NCBI GenBank assembly: GCA_039621445.1
Contig: CP154954.1
Location: 30,012,395-30,076,394, forward strand
Origin: Euglena gracilis
Lineage: Eukaryota
Direction: 5' to 3'
Length of the DNA: 64,000 nucleotides
In this document: piece after piece, positions 38,591 through 53,714 of the stretch
Position numbering within the stretch: position 1 is the first letter of the stretch
Layout: each line of letters starts with the position of its first letter
Notes under the pieces: model-generated
Databases searched by the model: none
What the model was told of the DNA's origin: nothing
Seen by the model: the letters and a program-made list of their open reading frames with translations, nothing else
Translations under genes and position numbers: made by a program

Positions 38591-38829
38591 GAAATAAACA
38601 AATACCACCCTCCCCTCAATGATACCGACCCGATCTTGAGAAGAAATGTATTACTACCTAAGGTTTATTCCAAGCATTTCTGACAACGCGTATAATTTCA
38701 GACCTCCTGACAGTGTCGGAGTCATAATATCAGAGAATTCAGAAGAGCATTATGGTTCAGCATTGTCAAACCACTGACAATCTTTCAATTTGATTTCAAA
38801 TGGCAGGGTGAAAAGCACTTTTAAAATTC

Positions 38830-40580
38830 GTCCAAAATTATTCAAAAAATTGCTAGCTTCCACCTGAGCTCTGAAATGTGCATGTCAGAAACTCTTTGTG
38901 GACTCTGAAATTTCTTCAAAATGGGTAGGGGGTCCCAAAAGGCAGCACACCTCTGAACACGACGCTTCCACTCCCTTTGGACTTTTGTTAGTAAAGGATG
39001 AAAGCGAATGGACTCCAACCCAGGTAGATACCGGAGGGAGGCATACACACAGCGAGCATCAGCTTGTGAAAGTTTGTGCAGGTCCAACAATGCAGCGGCC
39101 AACTCCTGTCTTGATAATTGCAAGGGCTCCAAACCTTTTAGCTGCAAAATGACAATAATGTTCTGAACCCACTGTCATAACGCTTCAGAGGCCCCAAAGT
39201 TCTCAGGACATTGTCATTGTCTTGATATGGCACTTTCTGCCGTTCCAAAGGAACCTAATACTATCGTGCAAGCCAGGGGCCACGTTGGCTTTGGCATTGA
39301 TTGTTCCCAACAATTTTTGAACATCCCCCTGGGGGGTATGACCGACATTTTTGTCCCAGGTTTTGATGTTTTGATTAATAGGGGCCACCGTGGACGGGAA
39401 ACCCACATGGGTGTCACCAAAAGGCATTTCTCTGTTTAATCTTTTGGTTTTGTTTTGGCCCCAAGCGGTACGACCACCCCCCGGTCGGGGGTTGCAGGTT
39501 GCGGGGGGTGTATGACGGTCGGGGGTTGGGGGGCGGGCACCTGACCGTCTACATTTAGTAGCACTGTTTCTCCAGGCTTTGTAAATTGCAGCCATCAATT
39601 CCTTTACAGTTATGTGCAGGCAATTTTTCTCCCTCCAGAATTCTTGGATGAATTTGTTCTGGGAGAAATCCACCACCCATGTGATGGAGTCTGAACGGAG
39701 CACCCCTTTTGCCTGTTGAAGAAAGGGCCTGCCAGGCCTGCCTGCAGGTACACTTTTAAAATTTTGACTTCCTCCTTCAACTTTTGTTGGATGTGGATTC
39801 AGAAATCCCAACCCTTTTCCTGAGGGTGAAAATAGACTTTTTCTGCCTGATCTTGAACCCAGCCTCCGCCAGGGTGTTCAGCATGTTTAACAAACGCTTT
39901 TTGACCAAATGTTCTGTTGAACCAAACAGATTGGTGTCGTCCAAATAGACGAATATTTGCAATCCCTCTGATCTCCAAAGTTTTTGCAGGACTTTCATCA
40001 ATGACATGAACAGTTTTGGGAGTGTGCTTAGGCCAAAAAAAAGCCCCCTGAAACTCCCACACGTCTGAATTCTGACAATTTTCTTGAAATTGTTTTCCAG
40101 ACCCAGATGAAAATATGCATCTTTTAAATCCAGTTTCACTGCCCAGTCCCCTTTTTTTCAAAGTGGGGAAAGTGGTGGACATGTTTCCCTTTTTGGACAG
40201 TGATTCAGATCTTGCCGATCTGTGATAAGTCGATGTTTGACACCCTCCCCTTCTGGACAACGCAAACCAGGGTACCAAATGGGCAGTTCAGTTCCTGAGG
40301 CATTCTCCAACTTTTTGGTTGTCCCTTTTGTTGGTATTCCCTCAGGATTTCTGAATCCAGTGTGATTTTTGCTGTTGTCTTGTTGAAAGGGGTGGTGGTG
40401 AATGGGGTAGACATGGTCTGGCTGAACACACACACCATTTTGAATGAGGGATACAACCCACTGGGTTGCATTTTTCTGTTTCCCCAGGCGGTTGGTGGGT
40501 GGGTCTGGACCACCGGGCCCTGGAAAAACCTCTGCTGGAGTGTGGTGCTCAGACATGGGGGGGATCTGTCCCTAAAAAGA
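38830..40580 (-). mobile_element. Decayed and rearranged DIRS retrotransposon (RT, RNase H, YR fragments)
   Basis: KLDLKDAYFHL, FGLSTLPKLF and VYLDD (39777-40139); HITVKELMAA (RNase H); ARCVYASL..LPGL..IRFHPLL..KREW (YR N-part, 38842-39147). Confidence 0.88.
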
Positions 40581-41748
40581 AAGGAGCTCCAAACGAACAT
40601 CTGAGGGAAAACTAATCAGGTTTTTCCAACATTCCACAATGCTACAGAACTTTACAGGTGCTTGCCCACATCTATCCCGTTTTCCACACCCATAGAGGGG
40701 TGGGACATTTCCAGATAAAAATTCTTCATCATGAGTTGTATTTCTTTCATCCTGCCATTGAGATTAGAATGCAGTTAAACTTCGTTAAAGTATATGTTTT
40801 TGAATGTGTAATATTTGCTTGAGATGATGTGTGTGTGTGTGTGTGTGAAAATCAGGACCATCACGTCCATGTGAATGAGAAATAATCGTTCATAATAGCA
40901 GCAGAATTCTTTTCATTGTAATAATTCATGCTTTCTTTCTCGACTCAGACAATTTTGATTCTTTGCACTTAGTTGTTGCGATTTTGGGAAAATGTGGTCC
41001 CAGATTAATTTTCTTTCAATTGCCCTCTGAAAACTTTTATAGGTTTTGTGTGTTGTCTTCTGTTTGTTGCTGTTGTTCGAGAATTTGGATCATTCATTCT
41101 CATTTCGCTGACAATCTTGCAACCTGCATACGTTTTGTTTGCTTCCAAGCACAACACAATTTCCCCCAGAATGCATTGGATGGCACGTTTGATCCATTTG
41201 AGAATCTGAAATGTTTGTTTTTCATCAACAGTTGCCAAACCATTCAACTATGCCTCTGGCACAGGAGAGCGAATCTTGGGGATGTGGTTTCAGAAGCCTC
41301 GAGAAGCAGTACCTTTATCTTCCACACGTGGTATGTAAATTATAGTTGCAAATGGCCATCGCAATGTATTTTGTATCATGATGCACCACTCAATCCCGAG
41401 TCTGATGGAGTCGGACGATTGGTTGGCGTGCTGCTGCGGGTTGCTGGGCTGCATGCCTGAACCAGAATTTCTTGGGGGGTCCTTGGGGGGGGGGTCCCTT
41501 TTATATATGTAAATTCGTCCCGTCCCCCTTCCCGTCCCCTTGTCAAACTCCCAATTGTTTTGCAGAAAATGGAATTAGGAGGGGTCGCTGAGCTCTGCTC
41601 TCTCTTCAGGGTCAGGGCGAAGCTTAACGCCCGGTAAAATGGGGGCAACCCAGGCATTATTTTTAAGGGGATTTTTTTTATTTTTTCTAAAATTTCTTCC
41701 AAAATTCAGACATTTTGAAAGCTTTAGAAGCTCTCCAAGACAGTTAGG

Positions 41749-44623
41749 GTCGCACTCCCAAAACAGACCAAGAGGGGAGGAAGGGACACCGAGGGCGAAG
41801 CACAAAAACCGAGTGAGGCCATGCCTTGTTTGCCCGCCGTTTGAGCGTGAATGTTTTTGGGTAGGCTAGGCCTTTCCCCTTTAGAGCTGCGATTTTGCCG
41901 GACTTGGCTGGCTCGTCGCTCCGGCGCGGACGGTTCCTAGGGGAAGGCACCTTCCTGGAGCCGCCCCCCCAGGTTTTTCAGGGACGGCAGGGTGGGCTCG
42001 CTTGGTGTTTGTGCTTCGCCCTCGGTGTCCCTTCCTCCCCTCTCGGTGTGCCTCGGGGGGAGACACCTCGGACTCCGGGGAAGAATGATCAAGGAGGCAG
42101 GGACAGCGAAGGCGGAGCACAAGACAGCAGTGAGGTCCTGCTCTTCTTTCCGGCTGTTGTTTGTGTTTTTGGTGTTGGTTGTGGTGTGTCGTCCTGCGAT
42201 GAGATGTCCGAGTAGGCGGACTCGGAGACGGTGTCGGACTTCTCGGTGGCTCGCGGCGGCGGGTTGCTGGCCTGTCTTTGGGTGAACTGGAATTTCTTGG
42301 GGGGGGAGGGCTCCCTTACTGAATTTTTTGCTCTTTTCCGGGTCGGGGGGGGGGGGCGGGCTCACTGTTGTCTTGTGCTCCGCCTTCGCTATCCCTTCCT
42401 CCTGGATCATTCTTCACCGGAGTCCGAGACAGCTCCGGCTCCGCACAAGACCCCAGTGAGGCTTTGTGCACCATTTTTTGGACAGCAACCCCCCGCCTTT
42501 TTACCCGCTGCCAAGCGCAAATAATGGGAAGAAAGGGCTTGCACATTTTTCCATTTTCCAATCTGGCACACCTCCTCGGAGGACAAACCTGCCAGTTTAT
42601 AAATGTACACTCCTGCCCCCCTGGTGGAGTGGGGGGCCCACTGGGAGGGTACCCCATGTTTATCCAACAATCGTTGCGTCAAACTCCCAATGGTTTTAGC
42701 AGACAGAGGGGGAGGGGTAAAAGGGGGTTTTAGACTTAACAACAGAGGTCCCCCTCGGGGAGTACTGTGTGATGTCAAACTGACATATTTTTTCATGTTG
42801 AACCAGGGGCAAATATTTGGACATGAAGGAATCTGGGGTATTTCCTCCCACTGAGTTTGTCTCCAACCCTTTCTTTGGACAAGAACAAAAACCTTGCCAT
42901 CAAACTGGGACACTGTCCTGAAGGTTCTTCTCAAGTCCACTGAACGATGCAAACAGATGATTCTGAAACTTAAAATGACCTGGTCTCTCAGATCACTGAG
43001 GCACTCTGGGGGAGGTGCTGCTGCCAATTTCTGAAGTAATGACCCAGGATTCCAAAATCAAGAATACCTGGGGGTGGATGTGTTCCATTTTCTTTTGTAG
43101 GGGGCCAACAGGGGTAAAAACCTTAACATGTGAAACCCAGGAAGCTGTACCACAGCACTATAAGCATTCCTGGCTTGAGCCACACTGAAGGTGAAAATTT
43201 TAATGATGCCAGAAGCGACGAATTCTGGGTTCATGGTGTTGAGGTCCATCTGGGACATGGCCAAAACTCCCCACAGGAGTCTGAAGGCGAATCATATCTT
43301 GCCAAGGACAGATTTTGACTTAAGAAATTATCAACCACTGAGGGGGGGATCTGTTGCTTCTGTAACAACTGCCTGACAACAAAATGCGGGCTAGGTGCCA
43401 TCTTGGCTTTTTCATGGGCTGCCCGTGACAATTCTCGAACATGTGGTGGCAAGACAGAATTCTCAGGGCTGGTGTATGTGGAATGTGAAGTTTTATTAAC
43501 AGGGGCCACCACACATCTGAAACCCACAGGGGGCAAATCAGAAGGCATTTTAGATGTCTGTGTTCCTTTAATCTCAGGACCCACTGGCTCAGGACAGACC
43601 AGGGGGGGTTTGCATAAATCTCTGAGAACATGTCCAGAGGGTAGTTCAAACTGTCTGTGGCCACAGCCTGAAAATAGGGCCATCGACTCATAAACTGAGA
43701 AAGTTTGTGATTCCCTGGTGATGCAAACATGTCCACAGTTGGGTTTATGAATTGCTGGAAAATGTGCATGACTTTTTGAAAATGAAAGGGTGTAAACTGT
43801 AATCCCCTGAGTCGAAGTGCCATCTGCTGATGGCATCGCTTTTCATGCTTTGGGAGGGGGCCCAGTGAACTTGGAGGGTGATGCCCATTTCCATACACCA
43901 CTTTGAGAAAGGGTCTGATGAGTTTGTTCAGGTGGGGTAGCCTGCCCACCCTTTGAGAAGATAGTAGTAGGAAACTTTGTTGTCCACTGTTAGGGACACT
44001 GTGTCCTTTTTCCTGGCCAAAGACCTTACAGTGGAGATGGCTGAGATCAATTGTTTTACATTGATATGTAAATGAAAGTCTTTTCGCCAAAATTCTTGTA
44101 ACTGGGTTCCAGCTTGTAGGTCAAGGCCTCCCCAACCAAAGGTTGAACTGTCTGACTCCAGGTGTCTGGTGGTTGGGCTTGGGAAGGGTCTCCCCCCTCA
44201 GGTCTGCAGAATTTCCCTGACATCTTGCAGTTGAGATTTGACCTCCTCTGGGATTGGAACCTGATGATCCCAGCCAAACTTTTCTTGTAGGTTGACAAAA
44301 CCTACCAAAGTGTCTGTGAATGCCCTGAGGAAGGGCAGCCCCACCAAGAAGCTTCTTATGCATCCCAAAATTGAGGCCATTTTCCTGCAACTGAGGGACT
44401 GGTGTGTGACTAATTTCCCCAGTTCCCTCCGAACCATTTTCAGTTTTTCTGTCCCCAACTGCAATTTTCCCTGTGCCAGATTGAGGTGGAACCCCAGATG
44501 TGGGAGATTTTGGGTGGGTTGAAGGAGTGGCACGGCAAACAGTACATCACTTTGCAGCAGTGTATTCTGGCAAGATCTTGGATTGCTGTGTTGGGAAGTG
44601 TGATTTTGAAAATTCAAATTCAA
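41749..44623 (-). mobile_element. DIRS1-like retrotransposon, 3' half: RT/RNase H, adenine MTase, tyrosine recombinase, terminal repeats
   Basis: HLGFHLNL..MASILG (RT thumb); VDMFASPGNHKL..YANPPW (N6-MTase); LHRSVDL...APHSTRGAG...IGKWK..HYL (YR catalytic residues); inverted repeats at 41749-42427. Frameshifted. Confidence 0.92.
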
Positions 44624-44859
44624 GGTTCAAGTTTGACAGATTCCAATGAGAGATTGGTTAGAAAGGCATTACCAGTTGCTTGCCCTGGGGGGCTGGCCCA
44701 GGTGGTGGGGAAAGCTGAGGTGTGTTTTCAGGCAAGTACCCACCCTCCCCTGTAGCCCACACCAGTAAGAAAAATTTTCTCAGATTCTTCCTACGAGGGG
44801 TGGGGTGAACTGTATGGAAATTTAGAGAAAGGTTGCACAAATTCTGAAGATCAGAAAAC

Positions 44860-45850
44860 TGGCTTCATATCAACCTAAAGGGGTTAAAAGCCTCCATTGC
44901 TGCCACTCAAAGCTTGGCAAAACACGGGGAGACAATACATCTCACTATGGACAATCATGTAGCTTACAGTTACCTGAAAAAAGGGGGGAAAGTCTCCTTA
45001 CAAGACTCTCATGAAACCTTTTTTACTTTGGTGCCACCAAAAGCGGGTGAAAATTGTCCCAAACCGGGTCAAGTCAGAGGAAATGTTAGCAGATGGCATA
45101 AGTCGATGGAAAATAGAGAGGGGGGACTATACCCTGAAAACATCAAAGGTCAAAAAAAATTGTTGCATCTGCAAATAAAACAACTTTCTGTCTCAAGTCC
45201 ACATGTTTGCCAGCCCTGACAATGATCAACTACCACAATTTGTGGCTAGGTGGCGTCGTAATCAGGCCCTGGCTGTCAACGGCCTGGAATGTCCTTTGGA
45301 AGGTTTCCAGGTTTAAACAAACCCCCCTTGGAAACTAATTTTGCCCTAGTTAAAACGATTAAAACAGAATACCCACCTTCAATGCAGGACTGTGATCCTT
45401 CACTGGGTTGGGATGTCCTGGTGGCCGCTGTTAATAAAACTGCAGGACAGAAGATTTACAGTGATAAAAATACAGCCCCAGTGGGGTCTTTTCCAAAACT
45501 GCTTGGGGGAAGAAGTGCCCCAAACTCGTTGGTCCCAGCTTAAAAAGTTTCACTGAAAATATCTCGTTTTATTTGAGCCAACTGAAAAATCTCACACGTT
45601 ATGACATCAGTTTTAGAAAGCTCTGGGTGTTTTGGGTCCAGGCAGGGGATCCCCTTTAAATGTCAATTTCTGAAATGGCCAGTTGGTTTTTAAAATTTCC
45701 AAACAATTGAACCCAACAGTGCCAGAAATGCATACTATGGGTGCTCATCAGATCTTTCCACGCTGCACAGTACTCTATTTCCAAATCTGGGGCAATTTTC
45801 ACCAAATTTGGATATCCACCCCAATGGTCCCCAGGTGGCAAAGTTCATTG
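44860..45850 (+). mobile_element. Decayed DIRS fragment in the opposite orientation
   Basis: IHLTMDNHVAYSYLKKGG (RNase H), HMFASP...NPPW (MTase), YR remnants. Confidence 0.8.
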
Positions 45851-48609
45851 TCCTAGATGGTTGAAGCAGTCATACCAGGGGGGTCGGCACACCCCTCCCC
45901 CCCCCCTCACCGACCCCCTCGCCACGCCATTTTACCCCCCCCCCCCTCCCCCCCTTTTCAGACCCCCTCGCCGCGCCATGTCAGGCCCGCCAAAGAAAAT
46001 TTTCTTGGCAAACCCCCGCGCCCCCCCCCCCCCCACCCCGGACACCCTCGCCACGCCAACCCCCCCCCCCCGGCCGGACCCCTCGCCACGGCGTGCCGAC
46101 CCCCCCAGCACCTTCGGGCCACTTTTGGGCACTTTTGGCGACATTTTTTTTCAGGAATGAAAACCGGACGCCGGGTTTTGGACAAAACCGGTGTTCCAAA
46201 CGCTGGGCTTTAGGACAGAACAGGCGTCCGGAAAACCCGTGGGGGGGGGGGCGCCGGTTCTGTCCTGAACCCGGCGTCTCAAACACGCCGGTTTAAGTTT
46301 TGAAGAAGCTGTGCCCTTGAACATTCCACCTCCAACGTCTGGCATTGAGGTTTTCATGCATGAACATCTGTTATTTTTAGCATATTTTTAGCAAACATGT
46401 CAAACTTGATGTCATCCTTCTCCAACTTGAAAGAGCAGCCGTGATGGGCTTGACCACAAGGAGTGGGCGGTGTCGTTGGTGATAAGCAAGGAAAAGATTG
46501 CTGCGATGAGGGAGGCACTCATTGCACTGAAAGCCATCTTTCAGTCCTTGGGCTGACAGCACAAGGCATCCCTACCAACGTACTTTTTTTTAACAGGAAA
46601 TGTTTTTGTTAGTGTTCCCCATGAGATCCACAAAAACTTGAATACCTTCAGAGGAACCAAAATTGGGTGGTTGTCCCGCTAACCCCCCCGCATTTAACCC
46701 ATGACCCGGATATCACCCCTGAAATAATTTGAAGTAAATCCAAAAATCTGAAGGAAATGGTAAGGCTTCGGAGGAGTGGAGAGAACCATTGGTTTTGTTG
46801 TGTGCAAATGGTGTGTTGGCTGGAACCGTCACCACCATGCAAAGGAGTCGAAGATTGAACAACCGCTTGAGTTGCAGAAAGAAGACCTTCCGGCCTTGGC
46901 GTCTTGGTTGGTAGGGGATCGCCGGAAATAAACATCACTAGACATGCAAAATGAAATCGTCCGCATGTTTGCAAATAAGATTTTGCAAAGCAAGTTCGAC
47001 CACGTTCAAAGCACGAAGCATTTCGCCGTGAGAATGGATGAAACCAGTGGCATCTCAGTGTGTGAACAATTGTCCTTCGGCCTGCGTTGTCGATGACAAC
47101 TGCATTGTAAAGAACTGTGGTGCGGGTTCTATCAAGTGCTCGACTGAACCACGTGCTGCTTTCCTCCCCATTTTTGAGGCCCATTCCTTTTCCATGCCAG
47201 TGTGAACCACTTTGCTGTGTGCAATGTGTATAAAGAATACCTGTTCTCCCTTGACCTTGGCACCTTACTTGATGAATTCATCTTGAAAAACACAGCACGC
47301 TCTTCGACCTTTGCACTGGCCCACAAGTTGCGTCCCTGCTATTGCTCGTGGCAAGCCATGTCTTTGAGCGGGGAGAATCGTTTGAAAGCCTGGATCCTGG
47401 AAATTTGGAACCTGGAAAACCTGATAAATTTTCCCCCCCTGAGAATAATTTGTTTCTGCACCAATAGCCCCCGGTGATCTTTCAAACAGTGAACTTCACC
47501 TTGGGGGGGGGAGGGGATTCCAAAATCCCAAAAGTGATATCTCTGATGTGACTGATCTCCAGTGCTTGGATGGTGGCCATTGTGAGGGGGGGGGGTGAGT
47601 ATACGTGGCATCCAAAAGATGTGCGCACACACCAGTTGTGAAAAAATTTTTGTGGTGTGCGGCGGTGGTTGGGGTCGCCAAAGTGAGGGTGCCGAGGGTG
47701 TCTTTCGAGGTTGACGGCTTGTTTTTTTTGAAACAAAAAAAACCAATAAATGTCATGGAGGTTTTGGGGCTTTTGAAATGTTTTTTTCTTTAGAAAATAG
47801 GTCATTTTTCATCTGTGCAGCTTCGTAGTCCGTAAAGGGTGCTGCCTTTCACTTTTGCCATCATTTTGGGGTTTTAGGATGAAGAGTGTGTAATAACTAA
47901 AAAATTCACTTTCTGATGACCAAAAATGATCTGAGAACATTTTCCTCAAAAACTGTCCATCTCGCAAAAAAGGTCAATTTTTTTGATTTTCAAAAAAATG
48001 TTTTTTTTGGTGATTTTGTAAACAAAATTTGTTTTCTGCTGTCTTTGCCCCAGTGCTACTCTTGTCTCCTGCCCTCTGGCGTTGTGGGGGATAAATAGTG
48101 CAGGCACAACACCATGACTTTGGAATTCCAATGCAGCCTCACGGTGCCACGGCTTCCAGGTTTCGGCCTTAAAGCAGGTGGCGGGTGGGTAGTTTGCTGC
48201 TGGGTACCAGTGGTTCCTTACATATTGGTACCCATGCTCCATACCATCTTTGAGGTTGGTTTGGGTGGTCTGCTGCCTTTTGTGTGGGTCGCTCTCCGTT
48301 GGATTCCCCTTTGGGGTTGGGTTGCAGGGGGAGTGCACCTACCAGCCCGGAAAGCCTGAAGGCCCGGCCTCCCTGCCTTATCGCCCGGGCAGTTGCACGA
48401 AGCGCCATGTCCCCCAACAGAGTCATTGGAGTCGTGTTTTCTGCGTAGTATGTCATCTTCACCATTTGAAATCTGGGGGAAACACCAAAATTTGGGGTTT
48501 TTGCTCTCCAAACCGCGTTTTTTCTGTAACTGTCGAAAGAGGCCCAGCGATGTGCTTCACGCCATGGTTTCGGGCACTTTCCGGGCGTTTTTTTTTAAGC
48601 CCAAAATTT

Positions 48610-49525
48610 TGAAAAAAATGCTGAACCCGTTTTCATGTCCTTTAATTCGTGTTCACCCTGAACACGATTATTAGGGCATGAAATCGGGTTCAGGAATTAT
48701 CGCCCTGTAATTTGTGTTCACTCGAAAAACGAGGTATGGTCACCGATCCCCCCCCCAACGGCCCCCACAACGCTTGGCCGATGTTTGGCCTACAGCTTAA
48801 CGGTTGCTGGAGTTTACTGCACATTTTCGCTGCTCTGTCTCTAAGTCTTTTTGTAATGGCAAATAAAGCCGCAAACACAATGGACAGAATGCTGCCACAA
48901 CCCCAAAAAGTTGCTCAATTTTTTTGGCCACAATCAATGATGATGAAAAAAAGATGAAAAAAAAGAACCCTGCTGTTGACCCCCTGCAGGGCAGCCTTCT
49001 GGCGGAGGCTACCAAAAAGAAAGCATCCTGGACGGAAGGGACGGAGCAAGCTGCACTCACACATTTCGTTGTATTTCAGGAAGTGTGTGGGTCTACGACG
49101 AACTGGACGCTTTCCTTTGTGCTTGGGCAGCTTGGGTGATTGATCCTCCACTATTGTTCGATGGGCAAGCGGTCATCAAACAGTGTGAGGACCAACGCCG
49201 GGCACAGTGTGGCCAAAAATTAAGATTCCGACATAAACCCCGTTTATACCGTCCTCTGAAACGTAACACCCACAGCTGCAAAAATAATGGCGGCTGCTCT
49301 CACCCGCGAGGCAACCAAAAAAGCCATTCGTGAGGCTACACACCCTCCAGAGAATATTCTGCAACCTGCAGAACTTCCTGGCATCCTGGAGCTTTTTTTT
49401 AGCCGAAAATTTTCAAAAAAAAATGCTGAACCCGAATTCATGCCCTGTTATTCGCGTTCACCCTGAACACGATTATCAGGGCATGAAATCAGGTTCAGAA
49501 ATTATCGCCCTGTAATTTGTGTTCA
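48610..49525. repeat. ~110-bp direct repeats (48610-48720, 49412-49525), each internally palindromic
   Basis: ctgaacccg..tcatg.cct ... agggcatgaaatc.ggttcag in both copies. Confidence 0.8.
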
Positions 49526-50399
49526 AAACCCCGAATTACAGGGCAGGCGCCAGGCCTCTGAACACGGTTACAATTTGAATTTGAATCCCTTGATTGCACT
49601 AAGGCTCCTTGTCTGCTGATGGAATTTTGCTTCTGCCTAGTTTGTGTAGTGAGTGGCCAGGGACCCCTTACACCAATGCTCTTGTGTTGCTCCCCTGCCC
49701 AGGTGAGCAACTCTGGTGTAATTCGAGCATTGTGTGGACGTACACTCACCCTGCGTGGCAGCATCGGGCTTTCCGTCACATATGGTAAATTTCTATCAGG
49801 AAATTTTCCAAGGTTGCGGGAAATTTCCCGCACTTCTTTCATAAATTTCCATTAGGCGCACAAAGGAACACCTGAGTTCTCAAAAGTCTTGTCTTTTATC
49901 TCTATGCGTTGCACGCCCCGGTGACATTGAAGAGCAGCCTGTCTGTTGCAGATCTCTCGGAAAACCTTTCTTCGAAGCACCCTTCTGGCAAGCCACTCCC
50001 TCAAAAACTGTTGCACCAAACTCGCCCCAAACTGTCGCCCCAAACTGGCAACAAGAATCCCAAACACGTCCCGGATTGGTCAACAGTTTGGGACAGTTTT
50101 GGGCACCATCTTGCCCCCAGATGGGTGCAAAAGTTTTGGGCCATGTGGGTGCAACAGTTTTGGGCCAGTTTGGTGCTACAGTTTGGGGCCCGTTTTGGGC
50201 CGAAAACTGGCCCCAAGCTGTGGCCCCAATTTGGCCGCAAGTTGTGGGACCAAACGGGCCCAAAACTGTTGCACCAATCTGGCCCCAAGGTGTGGCGCAA
50301 AACTGACACTCTTTTCTTTTTTCAGTTTTGGAAAACAAGCAAGAAAACAAAAAACACAAAACAAGCAAGAAAACCAGCAGCAAAATATTTAATCTGTCC

Positions 50400-51060
50400 A
50401 CAGGCACCATTGATTTCGAGTCGATCCTCTCATTGTACCATTGTGTGACAGCCTTTTTGCTGATGCTTGGGTGGGAAGCTGTAACATTTTCCAGCCAAAG
50501 CCAACTTGCAAAAGGTTTTTGGAACACATCCTCTGCAAAATACGCAATTTTTTGGAGTGCAGAAAAAGTACTTCAAAAATTAAATGATTGTCACCTCAAT
50601 TTGAATAACATAAGTCAAGTGAGGGACAGGACCATTGTGGTGCTCAGACTCTTCCATCTTTGCAGGAGTGTAGACTTCAGCCAAGCCTCTATATAAAAAG
50701 TTGCTTTGAGGGCAGGATTTGCTGGAACGTCAAGAGGAATGAAGATATGTAAGCACGTTGGGAACCATTGATCACCTGCCAACCACGTTCTTTGTGTCCT
50801 GCAAAACTGGTTGACACTTACTTATGTGGCCCTGACTTCTCATCAGGGCAAGCCTGGTGGTCCAATGATTTTTGTCGTTGCTTCCACCTTTTGCCCCGCT
50901 CTCTGCCAATGGAATTGGTAGACTCACTTGGGATGTCTTAGTGAGTTTGGGTGTTCCCATATTCAGTGTTTGGACCTCATAGCACAAGTGCTGCTGGGTT
51001 CAAAATGTTCATAAAATTTGGTTTACCATCCGAAGTTGTGTGCGAACTGGGTCAGTAGAA
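50400..51060 (+). mobile_element. DIRS tyrosine-recombinase remnant
   Basis: WNTSSAKYAIFW..RDRTIVVLRLFHLCRSVD; LSANGIGRLT..LGVP; parallels 42.5-43.2 kb. Confidence 0.8.
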
Positions 51061-51369
51061 ACACTCTGATGCCTTTTAAAAGCATTAATTGTTATTTAAT
51101 GCCACAGAAAGTGTAGGAAGAATTTTTCGAGCCAGTTTGTGCACAAAGTCTCATATTGGGAAGTGCTGAAAAAGGAGGTCCTGTAGTGCACGGAGGCCAA
51201 GAGACATAGGACGGAGAGACCACCCTTGCGAAGCACAAAGCCAAGAAGGGCCCCGACCCCGCACCCAAAAGACAGGCTCACACACAGGGAGGGGGGGATT
51301 CACCCCAGACTGTTCCACATCAAAGCGTCAGCCAACTGCCAGAACCCAAGCAGTAAGGGAGGACGAACG

Positions 51370-52412
<1,043 letters not shown>

Positions 52413-53714
52413 AATTGTGGGTGTGGGATATAAAAACGGGTGTGGGTTGGGTTACGGGAACGTGCTGAGTGTGGCTTAGCCAAGGGGGTAGATACCAGCT
52501 TACGGTGCTCCTCCCCTTTGGGCAATACCGCCACTCCAGCACTGTTGCCAGAAAAAGGCACTCCCCCTACCTCAGGGCCCAGGTTGCCTGAGTAGGGAGC
52601 GACAGGGAGGGATATTTTGCAAATTTTCGAAAATCAACACAGTCTCCTCTCTCTGTCCCAAACCAGTCCTTCTCGTAACCTCGTGTTCCAACCCAGGCCT
52701 TCTAATTCATTCAAATCCCAACCTCATAGATCCTGGGTGGGGCTGTGCTTGTTGCGCTTACTCCTAGGTCCCCCTGCACCGCCACCACAGCGGTGCATGG
52801 GGTCGGCCCCGGTCGCCACCACCACAGCGACGCCAGGGTTGGGGGTCTCCCTTCCATGGTGGAATGTTTCGATTTTCCCCCCTTTGGCCGTCAGAATTCA
52901 TGGATTGGGAGGGGGGGGGAGGCTTGTCCACATGGGTCCCCCACTCCAAAACCTTGGAAAAAAACCCATTCCCTCGCACCCTGTTTTTCCGGTAATTCAT
53001 TTTCCACAGAAAATTCGCCTTGAGTGATTTCTGTTTGTTTTTGCACTTTTTACGGCACACCCGTCCCGAACCACGACGTAATTCTATTTTCCAGGTCATT
53101 GTGGATGAAGAAGAATGTGATTCTGTTTCAAAATCTGGTGGGTTCTACTTCTTTTCGGGTTCTTTTCGCGTCGGTTTTCTACCACGGGGGTGTGTGTGTG
53201 TGCAGACAGGCAGCTTGGAACAGGTGGGGGTGTTGTCATGTGTGGTGGTCTCGGGTCGGTCTTCTGCAACTGCTGTGGCGTTGCTGGCTCCACATCCCAA
53301 TATAAATAGACTGGGGGACCCCTCAGGCACCACCCCATGACCCAAACGAGGGCCATCTGGCATTGCCATCGATGGCATGAGGGGGCCAATGCGCACCACC
53401 TCCACCTCGGGGGGGCTTGATGGCACAACCCCTTCAATTGTGGCAGCAGCAGCTCCTTGGTGGAGCTTCTTCTTGCTGCTCCACGCCAGGCAGGGCCTCC
53501 TCTAGCCCTTGGCCGGAGGATCCGGGAAGAACTTCCATGTTTGCGTCCCGGCTGCTTTTGGCTTGTAGTCCTCCGGCCTCCGCTTCGGGTGGACCTTCCG
53601 GCTTGCTTGTCTTTTTTGAAATACTTGTGCATTTTTTCTTCGTAATCCAAATTTGTCATTTTAATGTCAATATTGAAAAACTTGTTATTCAAACAATGCA
53701 ATCAATGGAATCAA

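Noticed and set aside
47930-48500. Gag-like fragments (also 52600-53600 and 62330-62670)
   Set aside because: May be DIRS ORF1 remnants, but no diagnostic motif.
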